A program made the translations under genes and the position numbers. A stretch of DNA of 64,000 nt, taken from a bacterium (GTDB lineage Bacteria; Electryoneota; Electryoneia; Electryoneales; Electryoneaceae). Position 1 is the stretch's first letter, and every line of letters starts with the position of its first letter. Of this stretch, positions 39,455 through 50,643 are shown in pieces. Under the pieces are notes generated by a model. The model did not search any database. It was given only the letters and a program-made list of their open reading frames with translations, and was not told the DNA's origin. The stretch covers positions 1,088,001-1,152,000 of the forward strand of contig CAXXKJ010000002.1 in NCBI GenBank assembly GCA_963675295.2, written 5' to 3'.

Positions 39455-41188
39455 ATGGCAGACAAATTGAACCAGAAATCGATCCTCGAGCAATGTGAGT
39501 CGATTGAGGATCCTCGCATCCGTCATCTGATCGCGACGGTCGTCGCCGACCTGCGCCGTTTCGCGGAAGAGCAGGTGGGGCAGTTGGACGATCTGGTGGA
39601 GATCGGTGTCGCGATGTCGTCGCAGGAAGATATCGCGGCGGTGCTCGAGATGATTCTCGGGCAGGCACGGAAAGTGACGCACGCCGACGGTGGGACGTTG
39701 TATCTCGTCAGCGATGATCACCGCTTCCTCGATTTCCACGTGGTGCATAACGACACCTTGAACATGCATCAGGGCGGCACCTCCGGTGTGCCGGTCAACA
39801 TTCCGCCCGTTCCGCTCTTCACCGGCGACGGTGAACCCAACCACACGAACGTTTCCGCGCATGTCGCGCACGCCGGTGAACTGGTCAACATTCCCGATGT
39901 GTATGAGTATGAGGAAGAGAAGTTTGATTTCCGTGGAGCTCGTGCGTTCGACAAGCAAATGAACTATCGCGGAACGTCGATGCTGACGGTGCCGATGCGG
40001 GACCATACCAACACCACGATTGGCGTGTTGCAACTGATCAACGCCAGCGAGGTGGACAGTGGTGAAGTGGTTGAGTTTGACACCACGCACGAACGCCGGG
40101 TGATGTCGTTGGCAAGCCTGGCGGCGGTGATGTTGACGCAGCAGCAGTTGATCGCTGAAATGAAGCAGTTGTTCAACTCCTTCATCCGGGCAATTGCGAC
40201 TGCGATTGATGCCAAGTCGAACCACACTGGCAACCATATCGCGCGGGTCACCGAGCTGACGATGATGATCGCTGGCGAGGTGAATCGGACGAAGAAAGGT
40301 CCGTTCGCGAAGACGACGTTCACCCCGGACGAGATTGAAGCGCTGCGGATCGCGACGTGGCTGCACGATACTGGCAAGATCACGACGCCCGTGCATGTCG
40401 TTGACAAGGCGACGCGGCTGGAGACCGTCTTTGACCGGATCGAACTGATCCGGACTAGGTACGCGTTGATGCGGGAACAGGCGAAACGGCAGGCGTTGGA
40501 GAAGATGCTGGCGTCCGGAGCACATACCAACGGCACTGGCAAGCAGTCACGCGACAAGGTGCAGCGTGAGCTGGACCGGACCTTGGACCAGCTGGACAAG
40601 GACTACGCATTCCTCGAGACGATGAACAACGGCGACCGGTTCATGGACGAGGAAGCGCTGGAGAAGCTGGCGAAGATCGCGGGCCGTACGTTTGAGGGCA
40701 AGGACAAGCCGCTGCCGGCGTTGACCCAGGACGAAATCGCAAACCTCTCGATTCCTAAGGGGACGTTGACCTGGGACGAACGCCAGATCATCAACAACCA
40801 CGTCGTGATGACCGAGCGTATCCTCGAGGAGATCGCGTGGCCGGGCAACATGAAGGATGTGGCGAAGATCGCCGCCGATCATCATGAGAAGCTGAACGGT
40901 CTTGGCTACCCGAAGGGATTGAAGGGCGACGAAATCCTGCTGCAGTCGCGCATCATGGCTGTGGCGGATATTTTCGAGGCGCTGTCGGCGAAAGACCGGC
41001 CGTACAAGGCACCGATGAAACTGTCGCAGGCGATCAAGATACTACGCTTCATGGTCAAGGACGGCGATCTGGACGGCGATGTGGTTGAGCTGTTTATCAG
41101 CTCCGGGCTGGTGTTCGAGTACGCGAAGGAACGCTTGAGTCCAGACCAGATTGATGTGACGGCGCCTGAAGTGATCAAGACGCACTGA
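39455..41188 (+). CDS. GAF + HD-GYP phosphodiesterase
   Basis: ADGGTLYL...SMLTVPM...IGVLQLIN GAF; WLHDTGK, HHEKLNGLGYPKGL, VADIFEALSAKDRPYK. Confidence 0.9.
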   Translation: MADKLNQKSILEQCESIEDPRIRHLIATVVADLRRFAEEQVGQLDDLVEIGVAMSSQEDIAAVLEMILGQARKVTHADGGTLYLVSDDHRFLDFHVVHNDTLNMHQGGTSGVPVNIPPVPLFTGDGEPNHTNVSAHVAHAGELVNIPDVYEYEEEKFDFRGARAFDKQMNYRGTSMLTVPMRDHTNTTIGVLQLINASEVDSGEVVEFDTTHERRVMSLASLAAVMLTQQQLIAEMKQLFNSFIRAIATAIDAKSNHTGNHIARVTELTMMIAGEVNRTKKGPFAKTTFTPDEIEALRIATWLHDTGKITTPVHVVDKATRLETVFDRIELIRTRYALMREQAKRQALEKMLASGAHTNGTGKQSRDKVQRELDRTLDQLDKDYAFLETMNNGDRFMDEEALEKLAKIAGRTFEGKDKPLPALTQDEIANLSIPKGTLTWDERQIINNHVVMTERILEEIAWPGNMKDVAKIAADHHEKLNGLGYPKGLKGDEILLQSRIMAVADIFEALSAKDRPYKAPMKLSQAIKILRFMVKDGDLDGDVVELFISSGLVFEYAKERLSPDQIDVTAPEVIKTH

Positions 41189-41325
41189 TTCGTCGATAAA
41201 CGGCTGGAACTTCCTCCCGTCAGTTCGGTACATTCGATAGCACACGAACCATACGAACCCCTGCGGCGAACATTGCGCCGTGGGGTTTCGCTCTCTCGGA
41301 CACAGCGCAACCGGTGGGGATTGTC

Positions 41326-43101
41326 ATGATACACCGAGCAGGTCTTTCACTTCTGATTGTCACACTCATCACGGTCATTTTCAGTACACCATCTTATTCG
41401 ACACCGTTCACCGAGGCGGTTCAGGCCAACGACGAGGCGGCGCTGGACACGTTGCTCGCGGGTGAGGACGCCGCGAAGCTGATGAACCGTACTGATGAGA
41501 GCAGGATGGCGCCCGTTCACTATGCGGTCGAACTCAATTATCGGGCGTTGCTCAGTGCGTTGGTCAAGGCAGGCGCGGACCTGGAGGTGGAAGACCCGTA
41601 TGGCCGGACGGCGCTGTTGCTGGCGGCGGATCGTGGGGAGGCCGAGGTGACCGGCTTCCTGCTGCGGAACGGGGCGGAGATCGATGCGGCGGACGACGCC
41701 GGCTACACTGCGCTGCATTACACCGCGATGTCGACCTCGGTCGCGACGATGGACACGCTGCTGAGCTGGTCGACGAATGTGGACGCGACCGACGACCTCG
41801 ACCGGGGGCCGTTGACCAGCGCCGTGCTCGCGCGTCAGCCGGAGATGATCTACAAGCTGCTGCTCGCAGGTGCGAACCCGAACCTGCGGGACAAGAACGG
41901 GATGGGGCCGTTGCACCATGCCGTCATGATCGGCGCGGGCGATGTGGTCGCCGAACTGGTGAAGCAGTTCTCCGACATCGACATGCTGACCGGGACCGGA
42001 TTAGCGGACAAGGCGTGGGAGGGTGCGACGGCGTTGCACCTGGCGATCGCGTTCGACAACAACGAACTGATGGAGCAGTTGATCGCGGCGGGAGCATCCA
42101 CGTCGATTGCCAATCGAAAAGGCGACACGCCGCTGATGCTGGCGATCCGTCAGGCGCCGGGTTCAACGGTCACCCGTCTGCTTGCGCTGGACGCATCGCT
42201 GGATAACGTAGACGGTGACGAGACCCCGATGTCGCTGGCGTTGTCACGGGGCGATGTGGCGTTGATCGGCAGCCTGGTAGATCTCGGCGCGAAGCTGGAC
42301 GTGCCGTTGCCCTCCGGCGACTTGCCGTTGCTGGCGGCGGTGCGGATGAACAATCCGGAGCTGGTTGAGGTGCTGCTCGAACGGGGTGCCCGTCCGGATA
42401 CGACGGCTCAGGAAGAATACCCGCTGGAGCTGGCGCTATTGAACGGCAACTCGACCATCGCCGCTCAGTTGCTTGGATCTGGTGCGAACCCGAATCGGGT
42501 GTTTGCGCGGTATTCGTCCTCGGTGTTTGGTACGGCGGTTCCGCGCACGCCGCTGTCCATCGCGGTGCAGGCGAATAGTCTGCCGTTGACACGGCTGCTG
42601 CTGGACCGTGGTGCGGATGTAAACCAGACGGCCCCAGATTGGGAACAAACGTTGCTCGAACAGGCGGTGGAGAAGGCGGATCTGCCGCTGGTTCGTCTGC
42701 TGGTGGCCGAGGGGGCCGCGATCACTCCGCACACCGATCCGGCAGACGATGCGGTCGGGCTGGCGTTGACGCGTGGCTATCCGTACCTGCGCGAAGTGCT
42801 GAAGGCGGAAGGATTCGATGCGACAACCACCGACCGGAACGGCAACAGCTACCTGCACCTGGCGACGGCGAACGTGGACGATCCGAGGTTGATCCGTCTG
42901 CTGGCGGCTTCAGGAACGCAGGTCGACGCGACCAACGCGAAGGGCGCGACGCCGTTGCATGAGGCCGCCCGGCGGATGCGTGGCGATCAGGTACGTGAGC
43001 TGCTGCAGCTCGGTGCCGACGCTACGATGCTGGATGCCGAAAGCCGCACCGCGCTGGATGTCGCGCGTGGCGGCGCGAAGGTGGTGCTACTGACGCGGTG
43101 A
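41326..43101 (+). CDS. Exported ankyrin-repeat protein
   Basis: Many G.T.LH.A...LL..GA..N motifs; N-terminal signal-like segment. Confidence 0.88.
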   Translation: MIHRAGLSLLIVTLITVIFSTPSYSTPFTEAVQANDEAALDTLLAGEDAAKLMNRTDESRMAPVHYAVELNYRALLSALVKAGADLEVEDPYGRTALLLAADRGEAEVTGFLLRNGAEIDAADDAGYTALHYTAMSTSVATMDTLLSWSTNVDATDDLDRGPLTSAVLARQPEMIYKLLLAGANPNLRDKNGMGPLHHAVMIGAGDVVAELVKQFSDIDMLTGTGLADKAWEGATALHLAIAFDNNELMEQLIAAGASTSIANRKGDTPLMLAIRQAPGSTVTRLLALDASLDNVDGDETPMSLALSRGDVALIGSLVDLGAKLDVPLPSGDLPLLAAVRMNNPELVEVLLERGARPDTTAQEEYPLELALLNGNSTIAAQLLGSGANPNRVFARYSSSVFGTAVPRTPLSIAVQANSLPLTRLLLDRGADVNQTAPDWEQTLLEQAVEKADLPLVRLLVAEGAAITPHTDPADDAVGLALTRGYPYLREVLKAEGFDATTTDRNGNSYLHLATANVDDPRLIRLLAASGTQVDATNAKGATPLHEAARRMRGDQVRELLQLGADATMLDAESRTALDVARGGAKVVLLTR

Positions 43102-43326
43102 GCGGCGATTCATGTCTTCCGCCAGAGCCCGTTCCAGTTCCGGCTGACGGTCGGACTCGGAGTAGATCAGCGGGGTGGCGTCAATGCCCTGCTCGAGGTT
43201 GCGGGAGACGGTTGACCGTGGCGGCGGGGCGTACGCGAGCAGCGTGAACAGCGCGATCAACGCCAGCAGCCCGGCGAGGAACGCGCGTTTGTTGGGACGG
43301 GGTCGGGTGTACTCGCAACAGCTCAC
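43087..43326 (-). CDS. Small membrane protein downstream of the sulfate exporter
   Basis: RBS ggag before GTG 43326; one TM segment then GIDATPLIYSESD. Confidence 0.5.
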   Translation of the reverse strand: MSCCEYTRPRPNKRAFLAGLLALIALFTLLAYAPPPRSTVSRNLEQGIDATPLIYSESDRQPELERALAEDMNRRSPRQ

Positions 43327-43462
43327 GGTTTTCTCCACGTCACAGTCTACTCTACACAGCGTCGTACTCAAGACGACGTACTTCAAATACCAACCCAACT
43401 CAACATGCCCACGACATTCATGTTGTGGTTGATGCGCACCCGAAAAACCTCCGATTTCACAA

Positions 43463-43772
43463 GCCCCAGACATTCATGACTGGGGTAATCAACCGGTGCC
43501 GCCCAGGATTGTTGATCCCGACGAGCTCTTCTGCCGTCGGGGCACACACCACAACGTTCCTCAGTCCTCAGTCCTCAGTCCTCAGTCCTCAGACCGCCAC
43601 CCGCATGATGCCCGCGGGAGCTTGGCTACCGCGGCCAACCGGCATTTCATCCAGTCAGCTGTTCTTCATTTTGCACCCCGGGCCTGCCATGACACCCGAC
43701 TTGGAAAACACACACCAAGTCGGGCCACACAATATTCGAGCACTGGGTCCTGAGCCCCGAGCCCCGAGCCCG
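43463..43772. repeat. Intergenic mosaic: CCCCAGAC-type palindrome (reverse orientation), ~5 CCTCAGT units and ~4 GAGCCCC-like units
   Basis: gccccagacattcatgactggggtaatc (43463-43490); 43559-43592; 43745-43772. Confidence 0.75.
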
Positions 43773-43775
43773 CAC

Positions 43776-45140
43776 TTAGAACACCCTGTCGAACAGCACG
43801 CCACCAAACGCCAGCCATGCCATCAGCAGGGTCAAGATCAGGTTGAACGACTGCCCGACGACGTACAGGATCATCGGTTTTCCGCCGGCCATCTGGCTTG
43901 CCAGCTCCTTGAAGTTGGATTCGAGGCCGATGCTGACAAACGCCATGCAGAACAGCCAGCCGCGCAGGTGAACGGTGATCGGTTTAAGCACCGTTGTTTC
44001 CACCGCTTCCAATCCCATCGACGGAACGAGGATAAAGGAGAACACCAGCGACGCCGCAACGAAGCCAACGATGAACTTCGGGAAACGGTACCAGATTTCC
44101 ATCGGTGAGACCCGTGGCGAGCCCTTGGTCCGTTCGACGCTGGTCGTCCAGTAGACCGCCACGACGAACGCGACGAGCCCAATGAGCACGTTCTGGATCA
44201 TCTTGACCACCGCCGCGACTTTCTCGGCGTCTTCCCCGAGGAATGCGCCAGCCGCGACCACGGCGCCGGTGGCGTCGATGGTGCCGCCCATCCACGCGCC
44301 ACCGACCACTGGATCCATCCCGATCGCCTTGATGAACATCGGCATGAAGATCATCATCAGCACGGTGAAGATGAGCGTCATTCCGACCGCCAGCGCGAGT
44401 TCGTTTTTCTTCGCCCGGGACGCGGCCGCGGTCGCAATCGCCGCCGAAACCCCGCAGACCGAGGTGGCCGCCGCGATCACGATCGTCAACGCCTTGGATT
44501 TCATCTTCAGGACCTTGACGCCAAAGTTGAACATGAACAGGATCACGATCGGGGTGACTACCCAGGCGACCAGCAGTCCCGGTCCTCCGAGGGCGAGAAT
44601 CTTCGAAAAGAGAATTTCAGCACCGAGCAGGACCAGCCCGGTCTTAATGTAGGTCTCGCAGCAGGCACCTTCGAGCAGCCATTTCGGAGTGCCGATGGTG
44701 TTGGAAATCAGCAGCCCGATCAGCAGCGCCCAGAACGCGTAGCCGAGGCCGTACGCACTGACCTGCAGCTGATGCGCGAGCAGGTAGGAGACGGTCGCCA
44801 GGATGAAGACGACGAGATACCCGAGCGGATACGCGCCGACCCTCCCCCTTATAAGACGGTTGGCGACGGTGAACAGCAAGCCGAGGCCGAGTAGTGTCAA
44901 CAGCAAGGGAATCAACAATGATTGACCGCCGGAATAGAACACGTCCATCGGGTTCGTGTCCCACTTGCCAAGCTTGGGCACGTTTCCGATCCAGCCGGCG
45001 GCGGCACCGATGATCAGGATGAACCCGATCCAGACGGCCCACCAGTCTTCGCTGGTCAGTAGTTCCTTCCATCGGTTGACGTGCTGGGCTTCGACGACAC
45101 CAGTGTCTGGGGGGGTGGATTGGGACGATTGCGTAGCCAT
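43776..45140 (-). CDS. YeiH / putative sulfate exporter family transporter
   Basis: SEDWWAVWIG, YIKTGLVLLG, TSVCGVSAAIA, GAWMGGTIDATGAVVAAG, KMIQN, RFPKF; multiple TM helices. Confidence 0.9.
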   Translation of the reverse strand: MATQSSQSTPPDTGVVEAQHVNRWKELLTSEDWWAVWIGFILIIGAAAGWIGNVPKLGKWDTNPMDVFYSGGQSLLIPLLLTLLGLGLLFTVANRLIRGRVGAYPLGYLVVFILATVSYLLAHQLQVSAYGLGYAFWALLIGLLISNTIGTPKWLLEGACCETYIKTGLVLLGAEILFSKILALGGPGLLVAWVVTPIVILFMFNFGVKVLKMKSKALTIVIAAATSVCGVSAAIATAAASRAKKNELALAVGMTLIFTVLMMIFMPMFIKAIGMDPVVGGAWMGGTIDATGAVVAAGAFLGEDAEKVAAVVKMIQNVLIGLVAFVVAVYWTTSVERTKGSPRVSPMEIWYRFPKFIVGFVAASLVFSFILVPSMGLEAVETTVLKPITVHLRGWLFCMAFVSIGLESNFKELASQMAGGKPMILYVVGQSFNLILTLLMAWLAFGGVLFDRVF

Positions 45141-45511
45141 GGCGGTTGTCCTCGGTTGGCTCTGGAGACCTCCGGAAGATAGCGGAGACGTGAATTGAGG
45201 GTCAAGTGGTGATATGACTTTGCGTATTCCATCACAAGGCCTTACCTTGACAGTTGCCGGGCTGTAAATGGCGCAGAATCTGTGGGAAGTACGTTGAAAG
45301 ACTGGAGAAAGGTGCTATTGTAATTGTTAGCGCCAAAATTCCGGGGGCCAAGTTTAAGCTCTCCGAACAGCGTGAAAAGCCCCGAGGTGACCGTTACCTT
45401 GTGAGTTAGCAATCTGCGAGCGGGATATCCATCCAGCCGTAGCCGTGAATCGCACCTGACACAGTGACAATCTGGAGATAAGGCCAAGTTGGCCTGTTTG
45501 TTATCGGGGTG

Positions 45512-45531
45512 TCTGCGAAATCTTTCACGAA
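45512..45531. promoter_or_regulatory. Putative Rex-type operator upstream of dsrA
   Basis: TCTGCGAAATCTTTCACGAA resembles the Rex consensus TTTGTGAAATATTTCACAAA. Confidence 0.45.
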
Positions 45532-45724
45532 CACCGGGATGACATTGTCCCAGATGTTTGTTTAGTCGGATGCAGGTTTCACCGGAATCAGTGTTTTAGC
45601 AAGTAGTCTTGGATCTGTTGTCAAGCTTGAAGTGGAAATAGGCCGCACGTTCGCATGACTGCGCGTCCGGGTTGGCATCCGGTCGAGCTGAGCGCATGCG
45701 GAAACTTGGTTCAGGGGAGGTCTC

Positions 45725-46921
45725 ATGCCAAAAGAGTACAAGACGCCGAAACTTGATGAGCTGGAAAAGGGACCGTGGCCCAGCTTCGTCAAGGAAATTA
45801 AGCTGGCTGCAAAGCAAAGCGAAATGTCGAACGACCTGCTTGGTCAGTTGGAGCAGTCGTACGACGAACGTCTCGGCCACTGGAAGCACGGCGGCATCGT
45901 GGGCGTTATGGGTTACGGCGGTGGTGTCATCGGCCGCTACAGCGACCTGCCGAACGAGTATCCGAAGGTTTCACACTTCCACACGATTCGTGTGAATCAG
46001 CCATCGGGTTGGTTCTACACGTCGGAAGCCCTCCGCACGATTTGCGACATCTGGGACAGGCATGGTTCGGGATTGACGAACATGCACGGTTCCACTGGCG
46101 ACATGGTCTTCCTCGGCACGCGTACGGAAGAACTGGAACCGATCTTCGCGGAACTGACGGAAGCAGGTTGGGACCTTGGTGGTTCGGGTTCGGACGTTCG
46201 TACCCCGTCCTGCTGCGTTGGCAAGGCGCGTTGTGAGTGGGCTTGCTACGACACGATGAAGGCCTGCTACAACATCACGATGCGCTACCAGGACGAGCTT
46301 CACCGTCCGGCCTTCCCGTACAAGTTCAAGTTCAAGTTCTCCGGCTGCCCGAACGACTGTGTCGCGTCGATCGCGCGTTCGGACTGCTCCTTGATCGGTA
46401 CGTGGAAAGACGATCTCCGCATTGACGACGCCGAAGTGGCGAAGTATGCGGATGATGGACTTGACATTTTCCATGATGTCGTGCTCAACTGCCCGACCAA
46501 GGCGATGCATTATGATCACGACAGCAAGAAGCTGACCGTCGACAATGAAGGCTGTGTCCGTTGTATGCACTGCATCAACGTGATGCCGAAGGCACTTCGT
46601 CCGGGTCTGGACACGGGTGCTGTCTTCCTGCTCGGCGCGAAGGCTCCGATCGTTGAAGGCGCGTTGTTGTCCAGCGTCCTCGTACCGTTCATCAACCTCG
46701 ACGACGAAGAAGAGTTCGAAGACTTCTGCGATCTCGTTGACGAGATGCTCGATGTCTGGTGCGAAGAGGGCAAGAACCGCGAACGCATCGGCGAATTCAT
46801 CCAGCGTGTCGGTATGGGCAATTTCCTCGAGGCAATTGGTCTTGAACCGACGCCGGAAATGGTCGCCTATCCTCGTGACAACCCGTATGTGTTCTACGAC
46901 ATGGACGGGGATGAGGAGTAA
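45725..46921 (+). CDS. dsrA: Dissimilatory sulfite reductase alpha subunit
   Basis: [59 protein letters not shown]. Confidence 0.98.
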   Translation: MPKEYKTPKLDELEKGPWPSFVKEIKLAAKQSEMSNDLLGQLEQSYDERLGHWKHGGIVGVMGYGGGVIGRYSDLPNEYPKVSHFHTIRVNQPSGWFYTSEALRTICDIWDRHGSGLTNMHGSTGDMVFLGTRTEELEPIFAELTEAGWDLGGSGSDVRTPSCCVGKARCEWACYDTMKACYNITMRYQDELHRPAFPYKFKFKFSGCPNDCVASIARSDCSLIGTWKDDLRIDDAEVAKYADDGLDIFHDVVLNCPTKAMHYDHDSKKLTVDNEGCVRCMHCINVMPKALRPGLDTGAVFLLGAKAPIVEGALLSSVLVPFINLDDEEEFEDFCDLVDEMLDVWCEEGKNRERIGEFIQRVGMGNFLEAIGLEPTPEMVAYPRDNPYVFYDMDGDEE

Positions 46922-46998
46922 TCGTGGATCTGCCGGCCTGGTAACAGGCTGACAGTAGCGTCGAGTGTTGCAGTACTTTCAGCAAAAGGAGCACAACG

Positions 46999-48093
46999 AT
47001 GGCTGAGACGAAGCCTCGGATTACGGATATTGGCCCGCCGGATTACAAGCAGTTCCTTCCGCCGGTGGTCGAGAAGAATTACGGGCAGTGGAAGTACCAT
47101 GAACAGTTGGAACCGGGCGTGATGGTTCACGTCGCGGAAGGTGGCGACATGCTGTACACGATTCGTGCCGCCAGCCCGCGTCTGCTCGCGACCGACACGA
47201 TCCGTTTCTACGCGGAAGTGGCCGAGAAGTATTGCGGCGGCCACCTGCGTTTCACCAGCCGCCACAACGTGGAATTCCTGACCACGGAAAAAGAGAACGT
47301 CCCGAAGATCAAGAAGGAATTGGAAGATCGCGGGAATCTCATCGGCGGTATCGGTAGCCGGATCACCAGCATTGTCCACACCCAGGGCTGGGTGCACTGC
47401 CACAGCGCCGCGACGGATGCGTCCGGTGTTGTCAAGGCGACGATGGATGAGCTGGCCGACTACTTCACCACGATTGAAACCCCGGCGAAGTGCCGTATCG
47501 CGTTGGCGTGCTGCTTGAACATGTGCGGCGCCGTGCACTGCTCGGACATCGCGATCCTCGGTATTCACACCGGCCGTCCGCGTATTGACCACGCGAACCT
47601 CAACAAGATCTGCGAAATCCCGAACCTGTCGGCGTCCTGCCCGACGGCGGCGATTCGCCCGAAGACGGTTGATGGCAACCCCAGCGTCGAAGTGATCGAA
47701 GACAACTGCATGTACTGCGCGAACTGCTTCACGGTTTGCCCGGCGATGCCGTTGGCGGATGCGGATCTCGACGGCGTCTCGATCTGGGTCGGCGGCAAGG
47801 TGTCGAACGCGCGCAGCAAGCCGCGTTTCTCCAAGCTGGCGGTTCCGTTCCTGCCGAACAACCCGCCGCGTTGGCCGGAAGTTACCGGCGCGGTGAAGAC
47901 GATTGTCGAAGCGTGGGCCGGCAATGCCCGTAAGTATGAGCGTGTCGGTGACTGGATTGAACGTATTGGTTGGGCGCGCTTCTTCAAGATGACCGGCTTT
48001 GAGTTCACGAAGGAACACATCGACGATTACAAGTTCGCCGGTCTGAGTTTGCAGCGTACCGCCCAGATCCACCACGTGGATTGGGATGATTAA
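46999..48093 (+). CDS. dsrB: Dissimilatory sulfite reductase beta subunit
   Basis: [56 protein letters not shown]. Confidence 0.98.
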   Translation: MAETKPRITDIGPPDYKQFLPPVVEKNYGQWKYHEQLEPGVMVHVAEGGDMLYTIRAASPRLLATDTIRFYAEVAEKYCGGHLRFTSRHNVEFLTTEKENVPKIKKELEDRGNLIGGIGSRITSIVHTQGWVHCHSAATDASGVVKATMDELADYFTTIETPAKCRIALACCLNMCGAVHCSDIAILGIHTGRPRIDHANLNKICEIPNLSASCPTAAIRPKTVDGNPSVEVIEDNCMYCANCFTVCPAMPLADADLDGVSIWVGGKVSNARSKPRFSKLAVPFLPNNPPRWPEVTGAVKTIVEAWAGNARKYERVGDWIERIGWARFFKMTGFEFTKEHIDDYKFAGLSLQRTAQIHHVDWDD

Positions 48094-48105
48094 CGGAGGT
48101 TTACC

Positions 48106-48345
48106 ATGACCACCGAACAAATCGCCGACGAGATGTTCAACATGGTGAAAGAGGCCACGGAGATGGGCAAGAAGCTCAAGCCGATGGATCTCACCAAGGC
48201 GATGGTAAAGAAGTACGATGACGTCGACAAAAAGGCGACGAAGGCCGCGATCAAGGAGTTGGTCGACAGTGGCCGCCTGGTGTACACGTACTTCGGCGGG
48301 ACGTTCCTCGAGCTCCCGCATCGTGAAGGTGCCGCGAACGACTGA
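48106..48345 (+). CDS. dsrD: DsrD, activator of DsrAB
   Basis: 79 aa directly after dsrB; K.AIKELVDSG.LVYTYFGGT winged-helix pattern. Confidence 0.85.
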   Translation: MTTEQIADEMFNMVKEATEMGKKLKPMDLTKAMVKKYDDVDKKATKAAIKELVDSGRLVYTYFGGTFLELPHREGAAND

Positions 48346-48520
48346 TCACAGCCTGTTCTGTTGAAGTCATCCGGCTGAGTGTTTCCTGATCCCCCGGTGG
48401 ACCGCTGTATCCCCGCCGGGGGAGGACGGAACATCATTTGATGTGTCGAAGGCGCTCTTCGCGGCCACCGGTGGTGGGGGACACTGGGACGCGTGGACCG
48501 AACCAGAAAAGGATTGCAGC

Positions 48521-50215
48521 ATGGCAATCAAACGAGCGGCAAAGAAGAAATCGCTCAGTGAAACTGCAGCGCACCGGGGCGGCGCATCCTCGCGTCAAAC
48601 CTCGGACAAGCGTCCTTACCATGAAGAGAAGACGGCTCCGTGCATGGTTGGCTGCCCCCAGGGAACGCCGATCCGTGAGTCGTTGAACATGATCAGCCTG
48701 CACGAGAAGCATGGGGTCACACTGGAAGAGTCGTTCACGCTTGCGTGGCACAACTGGACCAACGTGAACCCGTTCCCGTCGGTGCTGGGTCGTGTCTGTC
48801 CCAATCCTTGTGAAGATCAGTGCAACCGCAAGTCGAAGGATGGCGCGGTTGGCGTCAACAAGGTGGAACGGTTCCTCGGCGACTGGGGTCTGGAACACGG
48901 TCTCACGCTGAAGAAGGATGATGACGCGCAGGATTACAAGGAAAAGATCGCGGTGATCGGGTCCGGCCCGTCCGGCTTGAACGCGGCCTACTACATGGCT
49001 CGCAAGGGCTACAAGGTCACGATTTTCGAAGCGTTCGACAAGCTCGGCGGCATGCTGCGTTACGGCATCCCGGAGTATCGTCTCCCGCGTGACATTCTGG
49101 ACAAGGAAATCCAGCGCATTCTCGACCTCGGTGTTGACGTGAAGACGAATGTCGCGGTTGGCCGTGACATTCCGTTCAAGCAGATCGACGACGAGTTCGA
49201 CGCGGTGTATGTTGCCATCGGCGCCCACAAGGGCCGCCTGCTCGGCCTGGACGGCGAGAAGGAAGCGACGAATGTGGTCACCGGCGTGAACTTCCTCAAC
49301 CTGGTCAATTCCGGCAATCCGCCGGATGTCGGCAAGAAGGTCGTGGTTGTCGGTGGTGGTGACTCGGCGATGGACGCTGCCCGTGTCTGCAAGCGGTTGG
49401 GCGCGGATGTGACGTTGCTGTATCGCCGTACCCGCAACGAGATGCCGGCCATCGAAGAGGATATTGTCGGCGGCGAGAAGGAAAACATCAACTTCATTTT
49501 CCTCGCAACGCCGGTTGGATTGAACGTCGAAGGCGACAAGTGCACGACGATCAAGTGCCAGAAGATGGAACTTGGTGAGCCGGATTCGTCCGGTCGCCGC
49601 CGTCCGGTGCCGATCGACGAGTTCTTCGACCTCGAGGTTGACTACCTGATCCCGTCCATCAGCCAGGAACCGGAATTTGAGGGCCTGGAAGAGACGGGTG
49701 GCAATCCAAAGGACTGGCTCAGCGTTGACGACTTCATGATTCGTGACGCCGACCGTAACTTGTACGCCGGTGGTGACGCGAAGGAATTGGGCTTGGTCAC
49801 GGTCGCGTTGTACCAGGGCCGTCGTGCGGCGGATACGATGCACGCGCGGTTCCGTGGTCTGCCGGTCGAGATTCCAATTCATTCTCCGGTGATTGACGAC
49901 AAGAAGGTGCTGCTCGATTACTATGAGCCGAAACAGCGCCTGACGGTTGAAGAAGTGGATCCGGACAAGCGTGTACTGTCGTTGACGGAGGAGATTGAGC
50001 GGACGTTCACCGCTGCGGAAGCGATGTCGGAAGCATCCCGCTGTCTCAGTTGCGGCATGTGCATTGAGTGTGGTCAGTGCTACGTGTACTGCCAGGACCA
50101 GGTGGTCCAGAAGCCGGCGAAGCCGGGTGAGAAGTACACGTTCAAGCTGGAATTGTGCCAGGGGTGCAGCAAGTGTGAAGAAGTCTGCCCCTGCGGTTAC
50201 ATTCAGATGAAGTAA
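48521..50215 (+). CDS. dsrL: DsrL NAD(P)H:Fe-S oxidoreductase, DsrL-2 type
   Basis: RP...KTAPC..GCP, NPFPSVLGRVCPNPCE, GSGPSG, GGGDSAMD, YRRT, C-terminal CLSCGMCIECGQC...CQGCSKCEEVCPCG; start ATG 48521. Confidence 0.93.
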   Translation: MAIKRAAKKKSLSETAAHRGGASSRQTSDKRPYHEEKTAPCMVGCPQGTPIRESLNMISLHEKHGVTLEESFTLAWHNWTNVNPFPSVLGRVCPNPCEDQCNRKSKDGAVGVNKVERFLGDWGLEHGLTLKKDDDAQDYKEKIAVIGSGPSGLNAAYYMARKGYKVTIFEAFDKLGGMLRYGIPEYRLPRDILDKEIQRILDLGVDVKTNVAVGRDIPFKQIDDEFDAVYVAIGAHKGRLLGLDGEKEATNVVTGVNFLNLVNSGNPPDVGKKVVVVGGGDSAMDAARVCKRLGADVTLLYRRTRNEMPAIEEDIVGGEKENINFIFLATPVGLNVEGDKCTTIKCQKMELGEPDSSGRRRPVPIDEFFDLEVDYLIPSISQEPEFEGLEETGGNPKDWLSVDDFMIRDADRNLYAGGDAKELGLVTVALYQGRRAADTMHARFRGLPVEIPIHSPVIDDKKVLLDYYEPKQRLTVEEVDPDKRVLSLTEEIERTFTAAEAMSEASRCLSCGMCIECGQCYVYCQDQVVQKPAKPGEKYTFKLELCQGCSKCEEVCPCGYIQMK

Positions 50216-50319
50216 CACAGCCAGTGGTGGGGGAATCACCGTTGGTGTTGCAGTTGTTGAGCAGCAAAGGGTGAACCGGGCTCGTCGCTTGCCGGCGGGC
50301 AGAGCTTAAGGATGGTACC

Positions 50320-50637
50320 ATGCCCGATTTCGAGTACAACGGAAAAACGGTATCGGTCGATGAAGACGGTTTCATCGAAGATCCGGATGTCTGGAACGAG
50401 GAACTGGCTGCAGCGCTCGCCAAGGGTGAAGGTGTGGACGCTCTCACCGACGAGCACTGGAACATTGTCAACTACCTGCGCAACTACTACCAGCAGTTCG
50501 GCATCGCGCCGATGGTGCGGAAGCTTTGTAAGGAAACAAAGACTCCGCTGAAGCGCGTCTACGAGCTGTTCCCGTCCGGCCCGGCGAAGGGTGCCTGCAA
50601 GGTGGCGGGCCTGCCGAAGCCGACCGGGTGTGTCTGA
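50320..50637 (+). CDS. dsrC: DsrC sulfur carrier
   Basis: YELFPSGPAKGACKVAGLPKPTGCV, with both C-terminal Cys. Confidence 0.96.
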   Translation: MPDFEYNGKTVSVDEDGFIEDPDVWNEELAAALAKGEGVDALTDEHWNIVNYLRNYYQQFGIAPMVRKLCKETKTPLKRVYELFPSGPAKGACKVAGLPKPTGCV

Positions 50638-50643
50638 TCTGAG

